Source: Eledone cirrhosa (lineage: Eukaryota). Taken from it: a stretch of 64,000 bases of DNA. Position 1 is the stretch's first letter. Every line of letters begins with the position of its first letter. The notes under the pieces were generated by a model. The model searched no databases and was not told where the DNA came from. It saw nothing but the letters and a program-made list of their open reading frames with translations. Shown piece after piece: positions 33,561 to 46,300 of the stretch. The stretch covers positions 129,704,001-129,768,000 of the forward strand of contig OZ024744.1 of NCBI GenBank assembly GCA_964016885.1. Direction: 5' to 3'. Made by a program: the position numbers and the translations under genes.

Positions 33561-36500
33561 TGGGGTTAAGTTAAGTTGCGGTTAAGTTAAGTTGAGGTTA
33601 AGTTAAGTTGGGGTTAAGTTAAGTTGGGGCTAAGTTAAGTTGGAGCTAAGTTAAGTTGGGGCTAAGTTAAGTTGGGGTTAAGTTAAGTTGGGGTTAAGTT
33701 AAGGTGGGGTTAAGTTAAGTTGGGGTCAACTTAAGTTGGGGTTAACTTAAGTTGGGGTTAAATTAAGTTGGGGTTAAGTTAAGTTGGGGTTAAGTTAAGT
33801 TGGGGTTAAGTTAAGTTGGGGGTCAGTTAAGTTGGTGGTAAGTTAAGTTGGGGGTAAGTTAAGATGGGGTAAAGTTAAGTTGGGGTTAATTTAATTTGGG
33901 GTTAAGTTAAGTTAGGGTTAAGTTAAGTTGGGGTTGAGTTAAGTTGGGGTTAAGTTAAGTTGGGGTTATGTTAAGTGGGGGTTAAGTTAAGTTGGGGTTA
34001 AGTTAAGTTGGGGTTCAATTAAGTTGCGGATAATTTAAGTTGGGGTTAAGTTAAGTTGGGGTTAAGTTAAGTTGGGGTTAAGTTAAGTTGGGGTTAAATT
34101 AAGTTGGGGTTAAATTAAGTTGGGGTTAAGTTAAGTTGGGGTTATGTTAAGTTGGTGTTAAGTTAAGTTGGGGTTAAGTTAAGTTGGGGTTAAGTTAGGT
34201 TGGTGTTAATTTAAGTTGGGGGTAAGTTAAGTTGGGGGTAAGTTAAGTTGGTGTTAAGTTAAGTTGGGGTTAAGTTAAGTTGGGGTTAAGTTAAGTTGGG
34301 TTTAAGTTAAGTTGGGGCTAAGTTAAGTTAGGGCTAAGTTAAGTTGGGGTTAAGTAAAGTTAGGGCTAAGTTAAGTTGGGGTTAAGTTAAGTTGGGGTTA
34401 ATTTAAGTTGGGGTTACATTAAGTTGAGGTTAAGTTAAGTTGTGGTTAAGTTAAGTTAGGGTTAATTTAAGTTAGGGTTATGTTAAGTTGGGGTTAAGTT
34501 AAGTTGGGGTTAAGTTAGGTTGGTGTTAAGTTAAGTTGGGGTTAAGTTAATTTGTGGTTAAGTTAAGTTGGGGTTAAGTTAAGTTGGGGTTAAGTTAAGT
34601 TGGGGTTAAAATAAGTTGGGGTTAAGTTAAGTTGGGGTTGAGTTAAGTTGGGGTTGAGTTAATTTGGGGTTAAGTTAAGTTGGGGTTAACTTAAGTTGGG
34701 TTTAATTTAAGTTGAGGTTAATTTAAGTTGGGGTTAAATTAAGTTGGGGTTAAGTTAAGTTGGGGGTAAGATAAGTTGCGGTTAGTTAAGTTGTGGTTAA
34801 GTTAAGTTGGGGTAAAGTTAAGTTGGGGTTAAGTTAAGTTGGGGTTAAGTTAAGTTGGGGTTAAGTTAAGTTCGGGTTAATTTAAGTTGGGGTTAAGTTA
34901 AGTTGGGGTTAATTTAAGTTGGGGTTAATTTAAGTTGGGGTCAAGTTAAGTTGGGGTTAAGTTAAGTTGGGGTAAAGTTAAGTTGGGGTTAAGTTGGGGT
35001 TAAGTTAAGTTAGGGTTAACTTAAGTTGGGGTTGTGTTAAGTGGTGGTTATGTTAAGTGGTGGTTATGTTAAGTTGGGGTTAAGTTAAGTTGTGGTTAAG
35101 TTAAATTGGGGTTAAGTTAAGTTGCGGTTAATTTAAGTTGGGGTTAAGTTAAGTTGGGGTTAAGTTAATTAGGGTTAAGTTAAGTTGGGCTTAAGTTAAG
35201 TTGGGGTTAAGTTAAGTTGGGGTTAAGTTAAGTCGGGGTTAAGTTGGGGTTAAGTTAAGTTAGGGTTAACTTAAGTTGGGGTTGTGTTAAGTGGTGGTTA
35301 TGTTAAGTGGTGGTTATGTTAAGTTGGGGTTAAGTTAAGTTGTGGTTAAGTTAAATTGGGGTTAAGTTAAGTTGCGGTTAATTTAAGTTGGGGTTAAGTT
35401 AAGTTGGGGTTAAGTTAATTAGGGTTAAGTTAAGTTGGGGTTAAGTTAAGTTGGGGTTAAGTTAAGTTGGGGTTAAGTTAAGTCGGGGTTAATTTAAGTT
35501 GGGGTTAAGTTAAGTTGAGGTTAAAGTTAAGTAGGGGTTAAATTATGTTGGGGTTAAGTTAAGTTGGGGATAAGTTAAGTTGGGGATAAGTTAAGTTGGG
35601 GTTAATTAAGTTGGGTTTAAGTTAACTTGGGGTTAAGTTAAGTTGGGGTCAACTTAAGTTGGGGTTAATTTAAGTTGGGGTTAACTTAAGTTGGGGTTAA
35701 GTTAAGTTGGGGTTAAGTTAAGTTGGGGTTAAGTTAAGTTGGGGTTACGTTAAGTTGGGGGTAAGTTAAGTTGGTGGTAAGTTAAGTTGGGGGTAAGTTA
35801 AGATGGGGTTAAGTTAAGTTGGGGTTAATTTAATTTGGGGTTAAGTTAAGTTAGGGTTAAGTTAAGTTGGGGTTGAGTTAAGTTGGGGTTAAGTTAAGTT
35901 GGGGTTATGTTAAGTTGGGGTTAAGTTAAGTTGGGGTTCAATTAAGTTGCGGTTAATTTAAGTTGGGGTTAAGTTAAGTTGGGGTTAAGTTAAGTTGGGG
36001 TTAAGTTAAGTTGGGGTTAAATTAAGTTGGGGTTAAATTAAGTTGGGGTTAAGTTAAGTTGGGGTTATGTTAAGTTGGTGTTAAGTTAAGTTGGGGTTAA
36101 GTTAAGTTGTGGTTAAGTTAGGTTGGTGTTAATTTAAGTTGGGGGTAAGTTAAGTTGGGGGTAAGTTAAGTTGGTGTTAAGTTAAGTTGGGGTTAAGTTA
36201 AGTTGGGGTTAAGTTAAGTTGGGGTTAAGTTAGGGTCGAGTTAAGTTGGGGTTAAGTTAAGTGGGGGTTATATTAAGTTGGGGTCAAGTTAAGTTGGGGT
36301 TAAGTTAAGTTGGGGTTCATTTAAGTTGCGGTTAAGTTAAGTTGGTGTTAAGTTAAGTTGGGGTTAAGTTAAGTTGGGGTTAAATTAAGTTGGGGTTAAG
36401 TTAAGTTGGGGTTAAGTGAAGTTGGGGTTAAGTTAAGTTGCGGTTAAGTTAAGTTGGGGTTAAGTTAAGTTGGGGTTAAATTAAGTTGGGGTTAAGTTAA

Positions 36501-37337
36501 GTTGGGGTTAAGTTAAGTTGGGATAAAGTTAAGTTGGTGTTAAGTTAAGTTGAGGTTAAGTTTACTTGGGGTTAAGTTAAGTTGCGGTTAAGTTAAGTTG
36601 GGGTTGAGTTAAGTTGGTGTTGAGTTAAGTTGGGGTTAATTTAAGTTGGGGTTAATTTAAGTTGGGGTTAAGCTAGTTTGGGGTTAAGTTAAATCGAGGT
36701 TAAGTTAAGTTGGGCTTAAGTTAAGTTGGGGTTAATTTAAGTTGGGGTTAAGTTAAGTTGGGTTTAAGTTAAGTTGGGGTTAAGTTAAGTTGGGGTTAAG
36801 TTAAGTTGGGGTTACATTAAGGTGGGGTTAAGTTAAGTTGGGGTTAAGTTAAGTTGGGCGTTAAGTTAATTTGGGGTTAAGTTAAGTTAGGGTTAAGTTA
36901 AGTTGGGGTTGAGTTAAGTTGGGGGTAAGTTAAGTTGGGGTTAAGTTAAGTTGGGGTTAAGTTAAGTTGGGGTTAAGTTAAGTTAGGCTTAACTTAAGTT
37001 GGGGTTAAGTTAAGTTGGGGGTGAGTTAAGTTGGGGGTAAGTTAAGTTGGGGTTAAGTTAAGTTGGGGGTAAGTTAATTTGGGGTTGAGTTAAGTTGGGG
37101 TTAAGTTAAGTGGTGGTTATGTTAAGTTGGGGTTAAGTTAAGTTGGGGTTAATTTAAATTGGGGTTAATTTAACTTTGTTGTTAAGTTAAGTTGGGGTTA
37201 ATTTAAGTTGGGGTTAAGTTAAGTTGGGGTTGAGTTAAGTTAGGGTTGAGTGAAGTTGGGGTTAAGTTAAGTTGGGGTTAAATTAAGTTGGGGTTAAGTT
37301 AAGTTGGGGTTAATTTAAGTTGGGGTTAAGTTAAGTT

Positions 37338-40300
37338 GGGGTTAAGTTAATTTGTGGTTAAGTTAAGTTGGGGTTAAGTTAAGTTGGGGTTAAATTCAGT
37401 CGGGGTTAAGTTAAGTCGGGGTTAAGTTACGTTGGGGTTAAGTTAAGTTGGGGTTAAGTTAAGTTGGGGTTGAGTTAAGTTGGGGTTAAGTTAAGTTGGG
37501 GTTAAAATAAGTTGGGGTTAAGTTAAGTTGGGGTTGAGTTAAGTTGGGGTTGAGTGAAGTTGGGGTTAAGTTACGTTGGGGTTAAATTAAGTTGGGGTTA
37601 AGTTAAGTTGGGGGTAAGATAAGTTGGGGTTAGTTAAGTTGCGGTTAAGTTAAGTTGGGGTTAAGTTAAGTTGGGGTTAAGTTAAGTTGGGGTTAAGTTA
37701 AGTTGGGGTTAATTTAAGTTGGGGTTAAGTTAAGTTGGGGTTAATTTAAGTTGGGGTTAATTTAAGTTGGGGTTAAGTTAAGTTGGGGTTAAGTTAAGTT
37801 GGGGTAAAGTTAAGTTGGGGGTAAGTTAAGTTGGGGTTAAGTTAAGTTGGGGTTAAGTTGGGGTTAAGTTAAGTTAGGGTTAACTTAAGTTGGGGTTGTG
37901 TTAAGTGGTGGTTATGTTAAGTGGTGGTTATGTTAAGTTGGGGTTAAGTTAAATTGGGGTTAAGTTAAGTTGCGGTTAAGTTAAGTTGGGGTTAAGTTAA
38001 GTTGGGGTTAAGTTAATTAGGGTTAAGTTAAGTTGGGGTTAAGTTAAGTTGGGGTTAAGTTAATTTGTTGTTAAGTTAAGTTGGGGTTAAGTTAAGTTGG
38101 GGTTAAGTTAAGTTGGGGATAAGTTAAGTTGGGGATAAGTTAAGTTGGGGTTAATTAAGTTGGGTTTATTTAAGTTGGGGTTAAGTTAAGTTGGGGTTAA
38201 GTTAAGTTGGGGTTAAGTTAAGTTGGTTAGTTAAGTTGAGTTTAAGTTAAGTTGGGGTTAATTTAAGTTGGGGTTAAGTTAAGTTGGGGTTAAGTTAAGT
38301 TGGGGTTAAGTTAAGTTGGGGTTAAGTTAAGTTGGGGTTCAGTTAAGTTGGGGTTAAGTTAAGTTGGGGTTAAGTTTGGGTAAAATTAAGTTGGGGTTAA
38401 GTTAAGTTGGGGTTAAGTTAAGTTGGGGTTAAGTTAAGTTGCGGTTAAGTTAAGTTGAGGTTAAGTTAAGTTGGAGTTAAGTTAAGTTGGGGTTAAGTTA
38501 AGTTGGGGCTAAGTTAAGTTGGGGCTAAGTTAAGTTGGGGCTAAGTTAAGTTGGGGTTAAGTTAACTTTGGGTTAAGTTAAGTTGGGTTTGAGTTAAGTT
38601 GGGGTTAATTAAGTTGGGGTTAAGTTAAGTTGGGGTTAAGTTAAGTTGGGGGTAAGTTAAGTTGGGGTTAAGTTAAGTTGGGGTTAAGTTAAGTTGGGGT
38701 TAAGTTAAGTTAGGCTTAACTTAAGTTGGGGTTAAGTTAAGTTGGGGGTGAGTTAAGTTGGGGGTAAGTTAAGTTGGGGTTAAGTTAAGTTGGGGGTAAG
38801 TTAATTTGGGGTTGAGTTAAGTTGGGGTTAAGTTAAGTGGTGGTTATGTTAAGTTGGGGTTAAGTTAAGTTGGGGTTAATTTAAATTGGGGTTAATTTAA
38901 CTTTGTTGTTAAGTTAAGTTGGGGTTAATTTAAGTTGGGGTTAAGTTAAGTTGGGGTTGAGTTAAGTTGGGGTTGAGTGAAGTTGGGGTTAAGTTAAGTT
39001 GGGGTTAAATTAAGTTGGGGTTAAGTTAAGTTGGGGTTAATTTAAGTTGGGGTTAAGTTAAGTTGGGGTTAAGTTAATTTGTGGTTAAGTTAAGTTGGGG
39101 TTAAGTTAAGTTGGGGTTAAATTCAGTCGGGGTTAAGTTAAGTCGGGGTTAAGTTACGTTGGGGTTAAGTTAAGTTGGGGTTAAGTTAAGTTGGGGTTGA
39201 GTTAAGTTGGGGTTAAGTTAAGTTGGTGTTAAAATAAGTTGGGGTTAAGTTAAGTTGGGGTTGAGTTAAGTTGGGGTTGAGTGAAGTTGGGGTTAAGTTA
39301 CGTTGGGGTTAAATTAAGTTGGGGTTAAGTTAAGTTGGGGGTAAGTTAAGTTGGGGTTAGTTAAGTTGCGGTTAAGTTAAGTTGGGGTTAAGTTAAGTTG
39401 GGGTTAAGTTAAGTTGGGGTTAAGTTAAGTTGGAGTTAATTTAAGTTGGGGTTAAGTTAAGTTGGGGTTAAGTTAAGTTGGGGTAAAGTTAAGTTGGGGG
39501 TAAGTTAAGTTGGGGTTAAGTTAAGTTGGGGTTAAGTTGGGGTTAAGTTAAGTTAGGGTTAACTTAAGTTGGGGTTGTGTTAAGTGGTGGTTATGTTAAG
39601 TGGTGGTTATGTTAAGTTGGGGTTAAGTTAAATTGGGGTTAAGTTAAGTTGCGGTTAATTTAAGTTGGGGTTAAGTTAAGTTGGGGTTAAGTTAATTAGG
39701 GTTAAGTTAAGTTGGGGTTAAGTTAAGTTGGGGTTAAGTTAATTTGTTGTTAAGTTAAGTTGGGGTTAAGTTAAGTTGGGGTTAAGTTAAGTTGGGGATA
39801 AGTTAAGTTGGGGATAAGTTAAGTTGGGGTTAATTAAGTTGGGTTTATTTAAGTTGGGGTTAAGTTAAGTTGGGGTTAAGTTAAGTTGGGGTTAAGTTAA
39901 GTTGGTTAGTTAAGTTGAGTTTAAGTTAAGTTGGGGTTAATTTAAGTTGGGGTTAAGTTAAGTTGGGGTTAAGTTAAGTTGGGGTTAAGTTAAGTTGGGG
40001 TTAAGTTAAGTTGGGGTTCAGTTAAGTTGGGGTTAAGTTAAGTTGGGGTTAAGTTGGGGTAAAATTAAGTTGGGGTTAAGTTAAGTTGGGGTTAAGTTAA
40101 GTTGGGGTTAAGTTAAGTTGCGGTTAAGTTAAGTTGAGGTTAAGTTAAGTTGGAGTTAAGTTAAGTTGGGGTTAAGTTAAGTTGGGGCTAAGTTAAGTTG
40201 GGGCTAAGTTAAGTTGGGGCTAAGTTAAGTTGGGGTTAAGTTAACTTTGGGTTAAGTTAAGTTGGGTTTGAGTTAAGTTGGGGTTAATTAAGTTGGGGTT

Positions 40301-43300
40301 AAGTTAAGTTGGGGTTAAGTTAAGTTGGGGTTAAGTTAAGTTGGGGTTAAGTTAAGTTGCGGTTAAGTTAAGTTGAGGTTAAGTTAAGTTGGGGTTAAGT
40401 TAAGTTGGGGCTAAGTTAAGTTGGAGCTAAGTTAAGTTGGGGCTAAGTTAAGTTGGGGTTAAGTTAAGTTGGGGTTAAGTTAAGGTGGGGTTAAGTTAAG
40501 TTGGGGTCAACTTAAGTTGGGGTTAAGTTAAGTTGGGGTTAACTTAAGTTGGGGTTAAATTAAGTTGGGGTTAAGTTAAGTTGGGGTTAAGTTAAGTTGG
40601 GGTTAAGTTAAGTTGGGGGTCAGTTAAGTTGGTGGTAAGTTAAGTTGGGGGTAAGTTAAGATGGGGTAAAGTTAAGTTGGGGTTAATTTAATTTGGGGTT
40701 AAGTTAAGTTAGGGTTAAGTTAAGTTGGGGTTGAGTTAAGTTGGGGTTAAGTTAAGTTGGGGTTATGTTAAGTGGGGGTTAAGTTAAGTTGGGGTTAAGT
40801 TAAGTTGGGGTTCAATTAAGTTGCGGATAATTTAAGTTGGGGTTAAGTTAAGTTGGGGTTAAGTTAAGTTGGGGTTAAGTTAAGTTGGGGTTAAATTAAG
40901 TTGGGGTTAAATTAAGTTGGGGTTAAGTTAAGTTGGGGTTATGTTAAGTTGGTGTTAAGTTAAGTTGGGGTTAAGTTAAGTTGGGGTTAAGTTAGGTTGG
41001 TGTTAATTTAAGTTGGGGGTAAGTTAAGTTGGGGGTAAGTTAAGTTGGTGTTAAGTTAAGTTGGGGTTAAGTTAAGTTGGGGTTAAGTTAAGTTGGGTTT
41101 AAGTTAAGTTGGGGCTAAGTTAAGTTGGGGTTAAGTAAAGTTAGGGCTAAGTTAAGTTGGGGTTAAGTTAAGTTGGGGTTAATTTAAGTTGGGGTTACAT
41201 TAAGTTGAGGTTAAGTTAAGTTGTGGTTAAGTTAAGTTAGGGTTAATTTAAGTTAGGGTTATGTTAAGTTGGGGTTAAGTTAAGTTGGGGTTAAGTTAGG
41301 TTGGTGTTAAGTTAAGTTGGGGTTAAGTTAATTTGTGGTTAAGTTAAGTTGGGGTTAAGTTAAGTTGGGGTTAAGTTAAGTTGGGGTTAAAATAAGTTGG
41401 GGTTAAGTTAAGTTGGGGTTGAGTTAAGTTGGGGTTGAGTTAATTTGGGGTTAAGTTAAGTTGGGGTTAACTTAAGTTGGGTTTAATTTAAGTTGAGGTT
41501 AATTTAAGTTGGGGTTAAATTAAGTTGGGGTTAAGTTAAGTTGGGGGTAAGATAAGTTGCGGTTAGTTAAGTTGCGGTTAAGTTAAGTTGGGGTAAAGTT
41601 AAGTTGGGGTTAAGTTAAGTTGGGGTTAAGTTAAGTTGGGGTTAAGTTAAGTTCGGGTTAATTTAAGTTGGGGTTAAGTTAAGTTGGGGTTAATTTAAGT
41701 TGGGGTTAATTTAAGTTGGGGTCAAGTTAAGTTGGGGTTAAGTTAAGTTGGGGTAAAGTTAAGTTGGGGTTAAGTTAAGTTGGGGTTAAGTTAAGTTGGG
41801 GTTAAGTTGGGGTTAAGTTAAGTTAGGGTTAACTTAAGTTGGGGTTGTGTTAAGTGGTGGTTATGTTAAGTGGTGGTTATGTTAAGTTGGGGTTAAGTTA
41901 AGTTGTGGTTAAGTTAAATTGGGGTTAAGTTAAGTTGCGGTTAATTTAAGTTGGGGTTAAGTTAAGTTGGGGTTAAGTTAATTAGGGTTAAGTTAAGTTG
42001 GGGTTAAGTTAAGTTGGGGTTAAGTTAAGTTGGGGTTAAGTTAAGTCGGGGTTAAGTTGGGGTTAAGTTAAGTTAGGGTTAACTTAAGTTGGGGTTGTGT
42101 TAAGTGGTGGTTATGTTAAGTGGTGGTTATGTTAAGTTGGGGTTAAGTTAAGTTGTGGTTAAGTTAAATTGGGGTTAAGTTAAGTTGCGGTTAATTTAAG
42201 TTGGGGTTAAGTTAAGTTGGGGTTAAGTTAATTAGGCTTAAGTTAAGTTGGGGTTAAGTTAAGTTGGGGTTAAGTTAAGTTGGGGTTAAGTTAAGTCGGG
42301 GTTAATTTAAGTTGGGGTTAAGTTAAGTTGAGGTTAAAGTTAAGTAGGGGTTAAATTATGTTGGGGTTAAGTTAAGTTGGGGATAAGTTAAGTTGGGGAT
42401 AAGTTAAGTTGGGGTTAATTAAGTTGGGTTTAAGTTAACTTGGGGTTAAGTTAAGTTGGGGTTAAGTTAAGTTGGGGTTAAGTTAAGTTGGTTAGTTAAG
42501 TTGAGTTTAAGTTAAGTTGGGCTTAATTTAAGTTGGGGTTAAGTTAAGTTGGGGTTAAGTTAAGTTGGGGTTAAGTTAAGTTGGGGTTAAGTTAAGATGG
42601 GGTTCAGTTAAGTTGGGGTTAATTTAAGTTGGGGTTAAGTTGGGGTAAAGTTAAGTTGGGGTTAAGTTAAGTTGGGGTTAAGTTAAGTTGGGGTTAAGTT
42701 AAGTTGGGGTTAAGTTAAGTTGCGGTTAAGTTAAGTTGAGGTTAAGTTAAGTTGGGGTTAAGTTAAGTTGGGGTTAAGTTAAGTTGGGGCTAAGTTAAGT
42801 TGGGGCTAAGTTAAGTTGGGGCTAAGTTAAGTTGGGGTTAAGTTAACTTTGGGTTAAGTTAAGTTGGGTTTGAGTTAAGTTGGGGTTAATTAAGTTGGGG
42901 TTAAGTTAAGTTGGGGTTAAGTTAAGTTGGGGTTAAGTTAAGTTGGGGTTAAGTTAAGTTGCGGTTAAGTTAAGTTGATGTTAAGTTAAGTTGGGGTTAA
43001 GTTAAGTTGGGGTTAAGTTAAGTTGGGGCTAAGTTAAGTTGGGGCTAAGTTAAGTTGGGGCTAAGTTAAGTTGGGGTTAAGTTAAGGTGGGGTTCAGTTA
43101 AGTTGGGGTCAACTTAAGTTGGGGTTAAGTTAAGTTGGGGTTAAGTTAAGTTGGAGTTAAGTTTAGTTGGGGTTAAGTTAAGTTGGGGTTACGTTAAGTT
43201 GGGGGTAAGTTAAGTTGGTGGTAAGTTAAGTTGGGGGTAAGTTAAGATGGGGTTAAGTTAAGTTGGGGTTAATTTAAGTTGGGGTTAAGTTAAGTTGGGG

Positions 43301-46300
43301 TTAAGTTAAGTTGGGGTTAAGTTAAGTTGGGGTTAAGTTAAGTTGGGGTTAAATTAACTTGGGGTTAAATTAAGTTGGGGTTCAGTTAAGTTGGGGTTAT
43401 GTTAAGTTGGTGTTAAGTTAAGTTGGGGTTAAGTTAAGTTGGGGTTAAGTTAAGTTGGGGTTAAGTTAAGTTGGGGTTAATTTAAGTTGGGGTTACATTA
43501 AGTTGATGTTAAGTTAAGTTGGGGTTAAGTTAAGTTGGGGTTAAGTTAAGTTGGGGTTAAATTAAGTTGGGGTTAAATTAAGTTGGGGTTAAGTTAAGTT
43601 GGGGTTAAGTTAGGTTGGTGTTAAGTTAAGTTGGGGTTAAGTTAATTTGTGGTTAAGTTAAGTTGGGGTTAAGTTAAGTTGGGGTTAAGTTCAGTCGGGG
43701 TTAAGTTAAGTCGGGGTTAAGTTAAGTTGGGGTTAAATTAAGTTGCGGTTAAGTTAAGTTGGGGTTACGTTAAGTTGGGGTTAAGTTAATTAGGGTTAAG
43801 TTAAGTTGGGGTTAAGTTAAGTTGGGGTTAAGTTAAGTTGGGGTTAAGTTAAGTTGGGTTTAAGTTAAGTTGGGGCTAAGTTAAGTTAGGGCTAAGTTAA
43901 GTTGGGGTTAAGTTAAGTTGGGGTTAATTTAAGTTGGGGTTACATTAAGTTGAGGTTAAGTTAAGTTGTGGTTAAGTTAAGTTAGGGTTAATTTAAGTTA
44001 GGGTTATGTTAAGTTGGAGTTAAGTTAAGTTGGGGTTAAGTTAGGTTGGTGTTAAGTTAAGTTGGGGTTAAGTTAATTTGTGGTTAAGTTAAGTTGGGGT
44101 TAAGTTAAGTTGGGGTTAAGTTCAGTCGGGGTTAATTTAAGTCGGGGTTAAGTTAAGTTGGGGTTAAGTTAAGTTGGGGTTAAGTTAAGTTGGGGTTGAG
44201 TTAAGTTGGGGTTAAGTTAAGGTGGGGTTAAAATAAGTTGGGGTTAAGTTAAGTTGGGGTTGAGTTAAGTTGGGGTTGAGTTAATTTGGGGTTAAGTTAA
44301 GTTGGGGTTAACTTAAGTTGGGTTTAATTTAAGTTGGGGTTAATTTAAGTTGGGGTTAAATTAAGTTGGGGTTAAATTAAGTTGGGGTTAAGTTAAGTTG
44401 GGGGTAAGATAAGTTGGGGTTAGTTAAGTTGCGGTTAAGTTAAGTTGGGGTTAAGTTAAGTTGGGGTTAATTTAAGTTGGGGTTAATTTAAGTTGGGGTT
44501 AAGTTAAGTTGGGGTTAATTTAAGTTGGGGTTAATTTAAGTTGGGGTTAAGTTAAGTTGGGGTTAAGTTAAGTTGGGGTAAAGTTAAGTTGGGGTTAAGT
44601 TAAGTTGGGGTTAAGTTAAGTTGGGGTTAAGTTGGGGTTAAGTTAAGTTAGGGTTAACTTAAGTTGGGGTTGTGTTAAGTGGTGGTTATGTTAAGTGGTG
44701 GTTATGTTAAGTTGGGGTTAAGTTAAGTTGGGGTTAAGTTAAATTGGGGTTAAGTTAAGTCGCGGTTAAGTTAAGTTGGGGTTAAGTTAAGTTGGGGTTA
44801 AGTTAATTAGGGTTAAGTTAAGTTGGGGTTAAGTTAAGTTGGGGTTAAGTTAAGTTGGGGTTAAGTTAAGTTGAGGTTAAAGTTAAGTAGGGGTTAAATT
44901 ATGTTGGGGTTAAGTTAAGTTGGGGTTAAGTTAAGTTGGGGTTAAGTTAAGTTGGGGATAAGTTAAGTTGGGGATAAGTTAAGTTGGGGTTAATTAAGTT
45001 GGGTTTAAGTTAAGTTGGGGTTAAGTTAAGTTGGGGTTAAGTTAAGTTGGGGTTAAGTTAAGTCGGTTAGTTAAGTTGAGTTTAAGTTAAGTTGGGCTTA
45101 ATTTAAGTTGGGGTTAAGTTAAGTTGGGGTTAAGTTAAGTTGGGGTTAAGTTAAGTTGGGGTTAAGTTAAGTTGGGGTTCAGTCAAGTTGGGGTTAAGTT
45201 AAGTTGGGGTTAAGTTGGGGTAAAATTAAGTTGGGGTTAAGTTAAGTTGGGGTTAAGTTAAGTTGCGGTTAAGTTAAGTTGAGGTTAAATTAAGTTGGGG
45301 TTAAGTTAAGTTGGGGTTAATTTAAGTTGGGGCTAAGTTAAGTTGGGGCTAAGTTAAGTTGGGGCTAAGTTAAGTTGGGGTTAAGTTAACTTTGGGTTAA
45401 GTTAAGTTGGGTTTGAGTTAAGTTGGGGTTAATTAAGTTGGGGTTAAGTTAAGTTGGGGTTAAGTTAAGTTGGGGTTAAGTTAAGTTGGTGTTAAGTTAA
45501 GTTGCGGTTAAGTTAAGTTGATGTTAAGTTAAGTTGGGGTTAAGTTAAGTTGGGGTTAAGTTAAGTTGGGGCTAAGTTAAGTTGGGGCTAAGTTAAGTTG
45601 GGGCTAAGTTAAGTTGGGGTTAAGTTAAGGTGGGGTTAAGTTAAGTTGGGGTTAATTTAATTTGGGGTTAAGTTAAGTTAGGGTTAAGTTAAGTTGGGGT
45701 TATGTTAAGTTGGGGTTAAGTTAAGTTGGGGTTAAGTTAAGTTGGGGTTCAATTAAGTTGCGGTTAATTTAAGTTGGGTTTAAGTTAAGTTGGGGTTCAG
45801 TTAAGTTGGGGTTATGTTAAGTTGGTGTTAAGTTAAGTTGGGGTTAAGTTAAGTTGGGGTTAAGTTAAGTTGGGGTTAAGTTAGGTTGGTGTTAAGTTAA
45901 GTTGGCGGTAAGTTAAGTTGGGGGTAAGTTAAGTTGGTGTTAAGTTATGTTGGGGTTAAGTTAAGTTGGGGTTAAGTTAAGTTGGGTTTAAGTTAAGTTG
46001 GGGCTAAGTTAAGTTAGGGCTAAGTTAAGTTGGGGTTAAGTAAAGTTAGGGCTAAGTTAAGTTGGGGTTAAGTTAAGTTGGGGTTAATTTAAGTTGGGGT
46101 TACATTAAGTTGAGGTTAAGTTAAGTTGGGGTTAAGTTAAGTTGGGTTTAAGTTAAGTTGGGGCTAAGTTAAGTTAGGGCTAAGTTAAGTTGGGGCTGAG
46201 TTAAGTTGGGGTTAAGTTAAGTTGGGGTTGAGTTAAGTTGGGGTTAAGTTAAGTTGGGGTTAAGTTAAGTTGGGGTTAAGTTAAGTTGGGGCTGAGTTAA

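Larger units (their letters stand above)
1..37337 (+). repeat. 37,337-bp higher-order super-repeat, copy 1 (phase arbitrary, set at window start)
   Basis: Rare variants recur at exactly +37,337: AAATTCAGTC C60/C37397 and C1787/C39124; CGCG 7424/44761 and 15235/52572; GGGTCTAAG C9083/C46420 and C17038/C54375; GTAC 9336/46673 and 17291/54628; GCTCAATT C19064/C56401; TGCCG C19458/C56795. Confidence 0.95.
28865..42455 (+). repeat. Tandem duplication of ~6.8 kb (about 28,865-35,640 and 35,641-42,455)
   Basis: GTCAAC C28874/C35650 (offset 6,776), GGGTCGAG C29477/C36237 (6,760), AAATTCAGTC C30632/C37397 (6,765), GTTAACTTGG C35626/C42439 (6,813). The offset shifts by monomer- or subunit-sized indels. 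Confidence 0.9.
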
